Assembly (NCBI GenBank): GCA_003567725.1
Contig: PWYU01000077.1
Span: 1-64,000 of the forward strand
Direction: 5' to 3'
DNA from: Syntrophomonadaceae bacterium
GTDB taxonomy: Bacteria; Bacillota; Dethiobacteria; DTU022
Length of the DNA: 64,000 nt
Of the stretch, positions 1 through 8,885 are shown piece by piece. The notes under the pieces are model-generated. The model worked only from the letters and a program-made list of their open reading frames with translations, was not told the origin of the DNA and did not search any database. The translations under genes were made by a program, and so were the position numbers. How positions within the stretch are numbered: the first letter of the stretch is position 1; each line of letters begins with the position of its first letter.

Positions 1-101
1 GCCGGGGCCAGGTGAAACTGGCACCCGGCGGTTTCGCCGCACTATAGAACAGGGAAACCACATTCGTGTTACGACACGATGAAAGCGACTACCCGTCGCA
101 C

Positions 102-126
102 AAAAAAGCTGCCCCTTTCGGGGCAG
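102..126 (-). terminator. Rho-independent terminator downstream of the encapsulin shell gene
   Basis: On the minus strand this reads ctgcccc-gaaa-ggggcag followed by TTTTTT, a GC hairpin plus T-run directly after the stop at 137. Confidence 0.6.
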
Positions 127-136
127 TCTTGCGGCT

Positions 137-928
137 TTAAAGAGTAAATTTAACTATCAGGGCCGGATCGAGAACCCTGAAAGTGAAAGATTCGGCGATA
201 TACAGCATGACATTCTTACTATCATGGTACTGATAACCGATCGAAAAATCAATACCCAGGTTTAATTCCAGGTCTTCGTGGTCATATGGGAGCAACAAGG
301 CGCCTTCTAAAGCAGGCGAGAACAGGATATCACCTTCAATTAATTCCTTGATTTGCCTGAATAGAGGGTAAGCCCCGGCTTCATGGTTGATTTGGTGCCA
401 GACTTTTTCCCCGGCAACCAGGATGAGAGGCGTGGAAGCAAAGTTGTCCTGGAGGGTAAGAACACCGTCTGTAACGGCATCCATTATTGAAGAAGCATCC
501 TGTCCGAACTCCAGGGTCTTATTGGCTGCCTGATTGAGGCCTTCAATATGGCCTTTTGAATAACCATTGAAAATAGCGTTCTCTTCAAACAGGGCTGCCT
601 TTCGGGCTGCTTCTTCCAGCGGCCCTAAGTCTACATCCCGGGCACCCCTGGTTAAATTGTCCATTTCCCAGCGATTCAAGGTAAATTCTGTCCTGGTTTC
701 AACTAAAGGTTTGACTTTATAAAGCCCTGTACTGACCTTCTCCGGGTTTTCTTCCAGAATTGAAAGTCTGCCTTCGGGTATTGCCGTATGGTTTAATCCA
801 CTGGGGCCGTCTACATGTACGATTTTACGGGCCGTAAGAACACTTTTCAAAATTTCCGTTGCTCTTTCATCTATTCCATCCCAGGCCTCTTCTGTTAAAG
901 GTGCCAGATGGCGTTTAAGAAAATCCAT
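137..928 (-). CDS. Family-1 encapsulin shell protein (HK97 fold, linocin M18-like)
   Basis: 263 aa. N-terminus MDFLKRHLAPLTEEAWDGIDERA and C-terminus ...SIGYQYHDSKNVMLYIAESFTFRVLDPALIVKF align closely, from memory, with the Thermotoga maritima encapsulin ([23 protein letters not shown] ... FTFQVVNPEALILLKF). It lies immediately downstream of a cargo gene. Confidence 0.85.
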   Translation of the reverse strand: MDFLKRHLAPLTEEAWDGIDERATEILKSVLTARKIVHVDGPSGLNHTAIPEGRLSILEENPEKVSTGLYKVKPLVETRTEFTLNRWEMDNLTRGARDVDLGPLEEAARKAALFEENAIFNGYSKGHIEGLNQAANKTLEFGQDASSIMDAVTDGVLTLQDNFASTPLILVAGEKVWHQINHEAGAYPLFRQIKELIEGDILFSPALEGALLLPYDHEDLELNLGIDFSIGYQYHDSKNVMLYIAESFTFRVLDPALIVKFTL

Positions 929-942
929 AGCTATCCCTCCTG

Positions 943-1296
943 CTATTTTTTCATACTGCCCAGGTTCAGGCCACCCGGGGTATTAGGGTTATTTCCATGG
1001 TCCGCATTGCCTTCTTCCGCATGACCGATGAAACCTTCTGTAAACAGGTTCGCTCGCAGCTCTTCATCCCAGCCGGGCATATTTCTCCTAAGCCATTCCA
1101 AAACCATGCAGGCATGCTCAATCTCTTCATCACGGTTATGTTTTAGAACTTCTTTTAGGGCATCATCATCAGAGACATCTATCCTCTGATGATACCAGAT
1201 CACCGCTTCCACTTCTTCCATGAGGCTCTGGAGAGCGCGGACGGAATCTTTTGCTTCAGTACTAAGCTGATCCGTTGGTTCTATATAATTTGACAC
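943..1296 (-). CDS. Encapsulated ferritin-like cargo protein (EncFtn) with C-terminal encapsulin targeting peptide
   Basis: 117 aa with a GTG start preceded by AGGAGG and a 7-nt spacer. The core WYHQRID...HNRDEEIEHACMVLEWLRRN...LFTEGFI matches the EncFtn E-x-x-H di-iron motif family. The C-terminus PGGLNLGSMKK fits the family-1 cargo-loading peptide pattern G-S/x-L-x-I/L-G-S-L/M-K. A 14-nt gap separates it from the shell gene. Confidence 0.8.
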   Translation of the reverse strand: MSNYIEPTDQLSTEAKDSVRALQSLMEEVEAVIWYHQRIDVSDDDALKEVLKHNRDEEIEHACMVLEWLRRNMPGWDEELRANLFTEGFIGHAEEGNADHGNNPNTPGGLNLGSMKK

Positions 1297-1337
1297 TTGG
1301 CTACCTCCTAACTTAAGTGATTTATACTCATAATAAA

Positions 1338-1366
1338 AGTATATAACAGCAGCTTTTTCCGGTCAA
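1338..1366 (-). promoter_or_regulatory. Sigma-A type promoter for the EncFtn-encapsulin operon
   Basis: Minus strand has TTGACC (rc at 1361-1366), a 17-nt spacer, and TATACT (rc at 1338-1343), about 40 nt upstream of the EncFtn RBS. Confidence 0.5.
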
Positions 1367-1613
1367 GGCAAAAACCAGAAAATATAAAATAGCGCGAGTT
1401 TGGGGCAAGTCTTGAATTGTTACTTATTCCGACGCTTTGGCCGGGCCAGGAGCATTCTTAAAAAGCAACCGGAACTTTAAACCTCCTCTATTCATTGGTA
1501 GTGCAGGTCAGACACAAATTCTATTGGATGACATTCTCCTTAATTATTGTACGTTTTGAATTTCTTGCCATCATTACTTAAGTATACTTTGTAACCTGCC
1601 AAAAACTGTACAC

Positions 1614-1651
1614 AAAAAGGTCTTAGGGTTTGTTGCCAACCCCAAGACCTT
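1614..1651 (-). terminator. Rho-independent terminator after the tRNA-Arg gene
   Basis: Minus strand reads AAGGTCTTGGGGTT-GGCAACAA-ACCCTAAGACCTT followed by TTTT. Confidence 0.55.
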
Positions 1652-1660
1652 TGTATTTAC

Positions 1661-1738
1661 TGGTGCGCCCGGCAGGATTTGAACCTGCGGCCTCCTGATT
1701 CGTAGTCAGTTACTCTATCCGGGCTGAGCTACGGGCGC
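1661..1738 (-). tRNA. tRNA-Arg (anticodon ACG)
   Basis: Reverse complement reads GCGCCCGTAGCTCAGCCCGGATAGAGTAACTGACTACGAATCAGGAGGCCGCAGGTTCAAATCCTGCCGGGCGCACCA. It has a 7-bp acceptor stem, GTTCAAATC T-loop, anticodon loop CU-ACG-AA and an encoded CCA. Confidence 0.85.
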
Positions 1739-1741
1739 ATA

Positions 1742-1835
1742 TGGCGGAGAGAGAGGGATTCGAACCCTCGAAGCGGGGTTTTACCCGCTTAATCGCTTAG
1801 CAGGCGACCGCCTTCGACCTCTCGGCCATCTCTCC
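1742..1835 (-). tRNA. tRNA-Ser (anticodon GCU), class II with long variable arm
   Basis: Reverse complement reads GGAGAGATGGCCGAGAGGTCGAAGGCGGTCGCCTGCTAAGCGAT...GGGTTCGAATCCCTCTCTCTCCGCCA. Anticodon loop is CU-GCT-AA. It has a long extra arm and a 7-bp acceptor stem (GGAGAGA/TCTCTCC) plus CCA. Confidence 0.85.
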
Positions 1836-1845
1836 ACGTTTCCCC

Positions 1846-1933
1846 TGGCGGAGGGGGTGGGATTCGAACCCACGGCCCTTTTCGGGTCACTGGTTTTCAA
1901 GACCAGCTCCTTAAACCACTCGGACACCCCTCC
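1846..1933 (-). tRNA. tRNA-Ser (anticodon UGA), class II
   Basis: Reverse complement reads GGAGGGGTGTCCGAGTGGTTTAAGGAGCTGGTCTTGAAAACCAGTGACCCGAAAAGGGCCGTGGGTTCGAATCCCACCCCCTCCGCCA. Anticodon loop is CT-TGA-AA. It has a long variable arm and CCA. Confidence 0.85.
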
Positions 1934-1956
1934 AGAAGGGTTAAATTGCATTATAA

Positions 1957-1985
1957 AGTATAGCAAAGCTGATAGTTTGTGTCAA
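1957..1985 (-). promoter_or_regulatory. Sigma-A promoter for the tRNA-Ser/Ser/Arg cluster
   Basis: Minus strand has TTGACA (rc 1980-1985), a 17-nt spacer, and TATACT (rc 1957-1962), about 25 nt upstream of the first tRNA 5' end. Confidence 0.55.
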
Positions 1986-2177
1986 TTGAGTTTTTTGAGC
2001 CCTGTGGTTTGACCCCATAAGCTCCATCATAGCTAATAGGGGTTCTCACCCTGTTCTTACTATATTAAAGTTATTTCTCGTTATCTATGATTCAGAATTA
2101 AACTTGCTCTTAAGCTAAAGACCATCGTTGCTTCATTAGCAATCCAGTATAAAAATCCTTGACAACAATTCTATTAA

Positions 2178-3458
2178 TCAGGAATCTGCTTTTATTATCT
2201 CCTGCCCGTTAAAGTAGGGGCGCAGGACTTTCGGTATAATCACGCTGCCGTCTTTCTGCTGGTAATTCTCAAGAATAGCGGCAACTGTTCTACCAATAGC
2301 TACCCCGGACCCGTTTAAGGTATGCACAAACTGGGCTTTTTTGCCACTTTCGGGGCGGTATCTAATACCTGCCCGACGAGCCTGAAAATCAGTAAAGTTG
2401 CTGCAGGAGGATATTTCGCGATAAGTCCCGGCAGCCGCCAGCCACACTTCCAGGTCATATTTTTTGGCAGGGGCAAAGCCAAGATCTCCGCTGCACATTA
2501 GCATAACCCGATAAGGCAGCTCCAAGAGCTGCAGGACTTTTTCTGCATCACGGGTCAATGATTCCAGCTCGTCCATTGAATCATTTGGGCGGACAAATTT
2601 GACCAGTTCCACTTTGTTAAACTGATGCTGGCGGATCAAACCCCGGGTATCGCGGCCATGGGCCCCGGCTTCTGCTCTAAAGCAGGCACTGTAGGCACAG
2701 TAATAGAGAGGAAGCTGATCGTCTTCCAAAATCTCATCGCGATGTAAGTTGGTAACAGGAACTTCTGCGGTGGGGATCAAGTACAAATCGGTCCCTTTAA
2801 CCCGAAAAGCATCTTCAGCAAATTTGGGAAGCTGACCGGTTCCGGTCATACTTGCCTCGTTGACAAGGAAAGGTGGGAAAACTTCACGGTAGCCATGCTC
2901 CGTTGTATGCAGATCAAGCATAAAATTAAATAAGGACCGTTCAAGCCTGGCACCGGCTCCGTAATAAAGAGCAAAACGACTTCCGGTTATTTTACCGGCT
3001 CTTGGAAAATCGATGATATCTAAGTTAGTACCGATGTCCCAGTGGGGGAGGGGCTCAAAATCAAATTCGGGCTGTTTTCCCCATACACGAACTTCTACAT
3101 TATCCGCTTCATCGCTACCTTGTGGGACTACAGAATCGGGCAGGTTAGGAAGGTTTAACAATAATTGCTCTATATTATTATCCAGCTGACGCAGCTGCTC
3201 ATCAAGATCTTTAATTTTCGCCGAGACTTCTCGCATTTCAGTTTTTTTATTTTCGGCAGCTTCACTTTTCCCACCAGATTGGCCAATTTCCTTGGAAACG
3301 CGATTGCGGATCTGTTTGAGCTCTTCTACTTCTTTGAGCAGCCTGCGACGATTATTATCTTGAGCCAGCAGGCCGTCAAGATCACCTTCTTCTCCTTTGA
3401 GATGCATAGCCTGACGAACAAGTTCCGGATTTTCCCGGACAAATTTTAAATCCAGCAT
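2178..3458 (-). CDS. serS: Seryl-tRNA synthetase
   Basis: 426 aa. It has an N-terminal coiled-coil tRNA-binding arm and a class-II aaRS core (…[25 protein letters not shown]…). It sits 30 nt downstream of argS. Confidence 0.95.
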   Translation of the reverse strand: MLDLKFVRENPELVRQAMHLKGEEGDLDGLLAQDNNRRRLLKEVEELKQIRNRVSKEIGQSGGKSEAAENKKTEMREVSAKIKDLDEQLRQLDNNIEQLLLNLPNLPDSVVPQGSDEADNVEVRVWGKQPEFDFEPLPHWDIGTNLDIIDFPRAGKITGSRFALYYGAGARLERSLFNFMLDLHTTEHGYREVFPPFLVNEASMTGTGQLPKFAEDAFRVKGTDLYLIPTAEVPVTNLHRDEILEDDQLPLYYCAYSACFRAEAGAHGRDTRGLIRQHQFNKVELVKFVRPNDSMDELESLTRDAEKVLQLLELPYRVMLMCSGDLGFAPAKKYDLEVWLAAAGTYREISSCSNFTDFQARRAGIRYRPESGKKAQFVHTLNGSGVAIGRTVAAILENYQQKDGSVIIPKVLRPYFNGQEIIKADS

Positions 3459-3487
3459 AATAATTACACCTCCTTTTACTGTTACTG

Positions 3488-5197
3488 TTACATCTCTTCT
3501 GGCGCCACAATGCCAAGCAAGCTCAGCCCATTCGTCAATATCTGTCTGGTCGCATTAATCAATAGCAACCTGGCCTTTTTTATTTCCGGATCGCTGGTCA
3601 GAACAGGGCAGTTGTGATAAAAACGATTAAATTCCCTGGCTACGTCAATCAGGTAGCGAGCCAATATGGAAGGTTTGAGACTTTCAGCTGAATCTATTAT
3701 TTTTTCTGGCAGCATGGCCAGTGTTTTAATCAAAGTAATCTCTTCCTCTTTTTCCAGCAAAGCAATAACTTTGTCATCCCATGATAGTAAATCAGGTCCA
3801 GCTTTCCTGATAATACTACAAATCCTGGCATGAGCATACTGAATATACGCAGCAGTTTCACCTGAAAAGTCTAAAACTTTTTCCCAGTCAAATTCAATAT
3901 TTTTTACCCGGTCATTGCTTAAATCACCAAACCGCACCGCTCCTAAGCCGACCGCTTCGGCAGCGCCGTCCTTATCCTGCAGATCAGGGTTTTTTTCCTC
4001 TATTATGGCACGGGCCATCTCTACGGCTCGATCTAAAACTTCTTCCAGCAATACAATTTTACCAGCCCGGGTAGACATGCGCCCTTCTTTAAAACGAATC
4101 ATACCAAAAGGTACATGGACGCAATTAGCAGCCCAGGTGAAGCCAAGCAGCTCCAGTAATTTAAACAGCTGCTGAAAATGCAATGTTTGTTCAGCTCCAA
4201 CCACATAAAGAGAACGGGCAAAATTGAAGGTTTCTTTTCGGTAAATAGCCGCTGCCAGATCCCTGGTTATGTAAAGGGTGGCACCATCTTTTTTACGCAA
4301 CATAACTGGAGGCAGATTATAAGGCTCCAGTTCAATGATCAGAGCGCCTTCGCTTTCTTTCGCAATACCTTTTTCTTGAACAAGATTAACAACCTGATCA
4401 AGCATCTGATTATAATGGCTTTCCCCATGGTAGTGCTCGAATCCTATGCCCAGCCTGTCATAAATTTCAGCATAAGCTTCCAAGCTAAGCCTTTTAAAGT
4501 GTTCCCAGTAGGAAACGGCTTCCTTATCGCCGCTTTCCAGCTTTTTAAACCAGGAGCGGGCATCATCATCTAATTCTGGTTTATCATCAGCTTCCTGATG
4601 AAATTTCACATAAAGGCGGTATAGATAATCCACCGGATCATCTTTTAGTTTGCTTTCTTCACCCCATAGCTTGAAGGCAACAATTAACTTGCCAAATTGA
4701 GTTCCCCAGTCGCCAAGATGATTTATGCCTATGCTGTTATAACCAAGAGCCCGAAAAATGAGATATAGCGAATGGCCAATCACAGTGGAACGAATATGGC
4801 CAACCCCAAAAGGTTTGGCAATGTTAGGAGAGGAATAATCGATAGTTACATTTGCGCCCTCGCCAAGATTAGTATGGCCAAACTTATCCTGTTCTTCCCA
4901 TACTTTCTTTAAAACCTCTGTACTGTATGTTTCAGGGGCAATATAAAAGTTTAGATAAGGCCCTCTGGGCTCAGTATTTTTCCAGTACAAACCCTGTTTA
5001 CCGGCCAGTTTATTACCTAAATCCTCCGCTATAGCGGCTGGTGATTTTTTCATTTTTTTAGCCAATGTAAAGCAAGGGAAAGCAATATCTCCATAATCCG
5101 GTTCAGGGGGCACTTCCAAAAGATCTAATACCAACTTCTCCTCCATTTCAACAAGAGGAGCTAATACTACTCCTATTTCTTCTTTAAGTTTCTGCAT
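3488..5197 (-). CDS. argS: Arginyl-tRNA synthetase
   Basis: 569 aa, class-I ArgRS (…[20 protein letters not shown]…, a HIGH-like motif; C-terminal DALR anticodon-binding region). RBS GGAGA. Confidence 0.95.
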   Translation of the reverse strand: MQKLKEEIGVVLAPLVEMEEKLVLDLLEVPPEPDYGDIAFPCFTLAKKMKKSPAAIAEDLGNKLAGKQGLYWKNTEPRGPYLNFYIAPETYSTEVLKKVWEEQDKFGHTNLGEGANVTIDYSSPNIAKPFGVGHIRSTVIGHSLYLIFRALGYNSIGINHLGDWGTQFGKLIVAFKLWGEESKLKDDPVDYLYRLYVKFHQEADDKPELDDDARSWFKKLESGDKEAVSYWEHFKRLSLEAYAEIYDRLGIGFEHYHGESHYNQMLDQVVNLVQEKGIAKESEGALIIELEPYNLPPVMLRKKDGATLYITRDLAAAIYRKETFNFARSLYVVGAEQTLHFQQLFKLLELLGFTWAANCVHVPFGMIRFKEGRMSTRAGKIVLLEEVLDRAVEMARAIIEEKNPDLQDKDGAAEAVGLGAVRFGDLSNDRVKNIEFDWEKVLDFSGETAAYIQYAHARICSIIRKAGPDLLSWDDKVIALLEKEEEITLIKTLAMLPEKIIDSAESLKPSILARYLIDVAREFNRFYHNCPVLTSDPEIKKARLLLINATRQILTNGLSLLGIVAPEEM

Positions 5198-5225
5198 GTG
5201 TTATCTCCTTGATACTTTATCCTTT

Positions 5226-5254
5226 ATTTTAGATCAATGAGTCTTAATTGACAA
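5226..5254 (-). promoter_or_regulatory. Putative sigma-A promoter for argS-serS
   Basis: Minus strand has TTGTCA (rc 5249-5254), a 17-nt spacer, and TAAAAT (rc 5226-5231) inside the 114-nt gap upstream of argS. Confidence 0.45.
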
Positions 5255-5311
5255 ATTGATGATTACTACAACAAACAGGCTTGCAGGGAATTACTGTAAT
5301 TACTCTCTTTT

Positions 5312-7354
5312 CTATTGTTCCGGGTTTATAAAATAGGGACGATGATGAAAACGGCCCAAAGAAGGATAACCAACGGGCGGCTCCCACCTTTCACCTTCGA
5401 CAAGCACCTCTACTCTCTGAGCCCTGCTATTTTCAAATACAGTCATAAATAGAGCATCCAATATTAATTCCGCCTGCAGTTTTTCTTGAGCCTCAACTTT
5501 CTCCGGAAAAACACTCTGAAAAGGTTGATTTAAGTTAATTTGGATCTGTTCTCTAGATATTCTTAAATCTATTAATTCCAGGTTTGAAGGAACAAAAGGA
5601 AGCGATCGGCAGGCCTTTAAGGTTTGTTCAACCAGATACTGCAATTCCAGATCATTATTTCCTGCATCCGCTTCTCTTAATTTTAAATAATAACGGTTCC
5701 CACTCATCACCGGAATATAAAGTGGTTTATTCCACTTATAAGGGTTTAGAGGTTGATCAAGGGCTAAATCTTCACCAAAAAACTCCAATGGTTCATCATC
5801 AAGCGTTAGGACAACATCTTCAACTTCTGAAAAAGAGCTAATAGTCAATAAAAGTGAATCCAGGGCAGTGGCACTCTGCGCAGCACCGCTTATTTCCGTC
5901 CATTCTAAAGAAAGCTCCAACCACAGCTGCCCTTCTTCTTCAGAATAGGAGATATCAAAAGAAGCGTCTTTTTGAGGTATCGTCCGGTAGAGAGCGCTGC
6001 CTCGAGCCGGTCCGCGGACCAATTCTTCAATAGCAACCTGAATGGGATCGTCTGCATCGCCTATAGATCTGGTCACTGGAATAAGATTAGAGTTTTCATC
6101 AATAAAATAAATTGTAACCTTTTTTTCATCAGGCCTTTGTTCAGTTGAAACCGGGTTATAAATGGGGACAGTGGCCACATCATTTTCAGTCTCAGATAAA
6201 AGGGGTTCAAGGTTAATCAAGTCTATATAACCATCTTCGCCACCAACTACTACAAGATATGGATGTCCTGATTTAACTAATTTTTCTACCCTCATAGCTA
6301 CTTCCCAGCTGTTTACTTCTTCACCCTGACGATCAAAAATTATCATCTGCGTATAATCTTCCCGATAGTGGCGCCATGAGCTGCTAAGCAGGTACTGACC
6401 ATCTGCAGTAAAAGAAAATAGCGAGCCGTCCGCAACCCGCTTTTTCCAAAGTAAGCCATCATTTAAATCATAATAGTAGAGGTTTTCATCTGCACCTTCT
6501 TGATTTCCATATACCAGCAAACGGTTATAGTTTTGAGGATTAAACATTACCGTGTTGGGCTCAAAAGGCAGCTGGATATCCCATAAAGTCTGACCCTGCG
6601 AATCATAAACCCTCAGATTATTGTCTTCCTTAGCCGCCATCCGGCTGCCATGCCTTGAAACAGCCGCTAGATATTTCCCTTCATAAGACCACAATTCTTC
6701 ACCATCAATATCAACTGCTGTAAAAACCGGTTGATCGTCCTGCAGGTGGGTGTAAATAATACTGGCCTGATCAAGATATTCACTGGTCAGGTAAAGGTTT
6801 TTTACCAACCCGCATTCGAGAACCCATTTTTTCTCTCCATCTCTGCTAAAAAATTCAATCTGGCTTATTGGTTCATCTTCATGGTGCCGTGCCGCAGCTA
6901 ACCAGTTGGCGTTGGGGGAAATAGCCACTTTGCCTACAGGCAGTCCTTCTTTTTCCCAGTAGTGATTTTGATCGGTAGATGTAAAAAAAAGCAGTCCACC
7001 CTCAGTTCCAGTTAGGACATAATTACCACAGGTAGAAATTTTTGCTTCTTTGGGAGCAGTTGCAAAACTTCTATCCCAACGCAGCTTCCGTTCTTGATCC
7101 AAAAGGCTGACCATTTTATTGTCAGTACTAAACAGGATCCCTGTTAAGTTATGGTCAACATTAAGATCGTATATTGCAGCACTAGAAAACCAGAGATCAT
7201 ACAGGGCTCCTCCTTGATCAGGATCCTGGGGATCTATAGTAACACCGGTATGTTCTGGTTCAGGAATTAACTGGATAGTGAAGAGGTATATACCGGCAAC
7301 GACAAAGATGCCTGCTATAATGATCATGTAATAGAAAGGTTGTGCTTTTTTCAT
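5312..7354 (-). CDS. Membrane-anchored beta-propeller + tandem GerMN-domain protein (LpqB-like two-component accessory protein)
   Basis: ATG at 7354 is preceded by AGGAGGTG with a 6-nt spacer; the ORF-track start at 7363 is a GTG overlapping that RBS. It has an N-terminal TM helix (MKKAQPFYYMIIIAGIFVVAGIYLF). A long repeat-rich beta-propeller-like region follows (YVLTGTEGG, DGQYLLSSS, YLVVVGGEDGY). The C-terminus carries two GerMN-like segments (KKVTIYFIDENSNLIPVTRSIG...; RYYLKLREADAGNNDLELQYLVEQTLKA...). It lies directly downstream of the HK/RR pair. Confidence 0.6.
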   Translation of the reverse strand: MKKAQPFYYMIIIAGIFVVAGIYLFTIQLIPEPEHTGVTIDPQDPDQGGALYDLWFSSAAIYDLNVDHNLTGILFSTDNKMVSLLDQERKLRWDRSFATAPKEAKISTCGNYVLTGTEGGLLFFTSTDQNHYWEKEGLPVGKVAISPNANWLAAARHHEDEPISQIEFFSRDGEKKWVLECGLVKNLYLTSEYLDQASIIYTHLQDDQPVFTAVDIDGEELWSYEGKYLAAVSRHGSRMAAKEDNNLRVYDSQGQTLWDIQLPFEPNTVMFNPQNYNRLLVYGNQEGADENLYYYDLNDGLLWKKRVADGSLFSFTADGQYLLSSSWRHYREDYTQMIIFDRQGEEVNSWEVAMRVEKLVKSGHPYLVVVGGEDGYIDLINLEPLLSETENDVATVPIYNPVSTEQRPDEKKVTIYFIDENSNLIPVTRSIGDADDPIQVAIEELVRGPARGSALYRTIPQKDASFDISYSEEEGQLWLELSLEWTEISGAAQSATALDSLLLTISSFSEVEDVVLTLDDEPLEFFGEDLALDQPLNPYKWNKPLYIPVMSGNRYYLKLREADAGNNDLELQYLVEQTLKACRSLPFVPSNLELIDLRISREQIQINLNQPFQSVFPEKVEAQEKLQAELILDALFMTVFENSRAQRVEVLVEGERWEPPVGYPSLGRFHHRPYFINPEQ

Positions 7355-7472
7355 TGTAAACACCTCCTGGCGTTACAACCAGAGTGTAGAATATTTTATC
7401 ATAACTTGAGGCTCAAACTAAAAGATAAATTCTTTAAAGTTTCTTGAATAAAGATTAATAAACCATAACATT

Positions 7473-8885
7473 TTATTCATTGGCTGCCTGAAGGGCAAAA
7501 TAAAAACTGCTACCTTTACCTTGCTCACTTTCAACCCAAACCCGTCCATTATGCTTGGCAATTATTTCACTTACTATTGCTAAACCTAACCCTGTTCCTC
7601 CACCTTCTCTGGACCGGGCCTGATCAACCCTGTAAAAACGTTCAAAAATGAAATCTTGGTCTTTTTTGGGAACACCATTTCCGGTGTCCTCTACTTTGGT
7701 TATTATTTCACCATCTTCTCTGTACAGGATCAGGGAAACTGATCCGCCGGATGGAGTATAATTCAAAGCATTATCAAGCAAATTTAACACCACCTGTCGC
7801 AACTGCATGGGGACAGCATATACTTTCATGATCTCATCAGGTATGAAATCATAAAATTCAAGGTTGGACTTGCTAAATCTGTACTTGTTTTCTCTAACCA
7901 TATCTTTAAGGAAAAAATTCATGGTGATTTCTTCATATTCCACCTGGTTTTTTTCTAGTTTAGATAGTTCAAGCAAATCATTGACCAATTGTACCAGCCG
8001 ATCCAATTCATTATCAAGATCATCAACAAATTCTTTTTGTTGTTGGGGTTCCATCTCATGCTCTTTTAGAGCTTTCGTCAGAAGACTCATGGTGGTTAAA
8101 GGTGTCCGCACTTCGTGAGCGACATCAGCAGCAAACTTTTTTAAATTGTTGGTATAATAGTTCAATTTTTTAGCCATAATGTTAAACTGATCGGCCAGGC
8201 GTCCAATTTCGTCACCGGAAGTAAATTCAATGTGTTGATCAAGTTTACCCTCAGACATTTTACGCGCAGCATTGGTTAACTCTTCCAAAGGGCCGGTGAA
8301 GCGGCGGGCTAAAGCTATAGAACCCCCTCCTACAACAGCCATGGCCAGCACCGTTGAAAGAAATAAAAACATTCTTATATCAGCCAGGGTTTGGTAAACG
8401 TCTTCTAGCGAAGTAGAAAGGAATATTACCCCGATTACTCCTTCGTTTTCTTCCCGCACGGGAATAGCCATTTGCTTGATCTCATGACCTATCCGCTCGC
8501 TGTAAGTGACGCTATTGCTTACTTCACCATCAAGAGCTGCCGTGACATCCTCCTGTTCAAGTTTCTGGTTCAGAAGGCCACCCACTCTAACAGAATCGCC
8601 TATAACCATACCTTGCTCATCAATAAATACAACTCTTGCCCCAGCCTGGCGGCTGATATTTTCAGCAAGCGAACTCAAGCGGACAGTATCTATTTGACCC
8701 CGCAGGTGCCCTACCAGGAACTCAGAGGCTAAAAAACCAGTTCTCTGAAGGTGATCCAATAAATTGTTCAGGTGATAACGCTCTAACGTAGAATATAAAA
8801 ACAGACTGATGATGATCATCACAGCGAGGATAATTGCCAAAAAAACAGCTGTGAGGCGGAAACGGATGCTATAAAACTTTACCAT
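7473..8885 (-). CDS. Two-component sensor histidine kinase (WalK/MtrB-like: 2 TM, periplasmic sensor, HAMP, HisKA, HATPase_c)
   Basis: 470 aa. HisKA H-box reads AADVAHEVRTPLTTM. N, G1 and G2 boxes read NLLDNALNYT, VEDTGNGV and GGTGLGLAIV. The start overlaps the RR stop as TAATG. Confidence 0.9.
   Translation of the reverse strand: MVKFYSIRFRLTAVFLAIILAVMIIISLFLYSTLERYHLNNLLDHLQRTGFLASEFLVGHLRGQIDTVRLSSLAENISRQAGARVVFIDEQGMVIGDSVRVGGLLNQKLEQEDVTAALDGEVSNSVTYSERIGHEIKQMAIPVREENEGVIGVIFLSTSLEDVYQTLADIRMFLFLSTVLAMAVVGGGSIALARRFTGPLEELTNAARKMSEGKLDQHIEFTSGDEIGRLADQFNIMAKKLNYYTNNLKKFAADVAHEVRTPLTTMSLLTKALKEHEMEPQQQKEFVDDLDNELDRLVQLVNDLLELSKLEKNQVEYEEITMNFFLKDMVRENKYRFSKSNLEFYDFIPDEIMKVYAVPMQLRQVVLNLLDNALNYTPSGGSVSLILYREDGEIITKVEDTGNGVPKKDQDFIFERFYRVDQARSREGGGTGLGLAIVSEIIAKHNGRVWVESEQGKGSSFYFALQAANE

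Noticed and set aside
1-1454. 12-13-nt imperfect direct repeat (gccggggccagg / gccgggccagg) flanking the encapsulin operon as an att-like site
   Set aside because: It is too short and GC-simple to distinguish from chance without comparative genomes. It is mentioned only as a note under the encapsulin finding.
1781-1966. 61-aa minus-strand ORF
   Set aside because: It lies entirely over the two tRNA-Ser genes and is an artefact of structured tRNA sequence.
3165-4573. Three plus-strand ORFs (94, 86 and 131 aa) antisense inside serS/argS
   Set aside because: They are low-complexity translations embedded in well-supported aaRS genes on the opposite strand, with no RBS.
5198-5311. Possible T-box leader upstream of argS
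   Set aside because: Only 114 nt are available and no AGGGTGGNACCGCG motif is present. A plain -35/-10 promoter fits instead.
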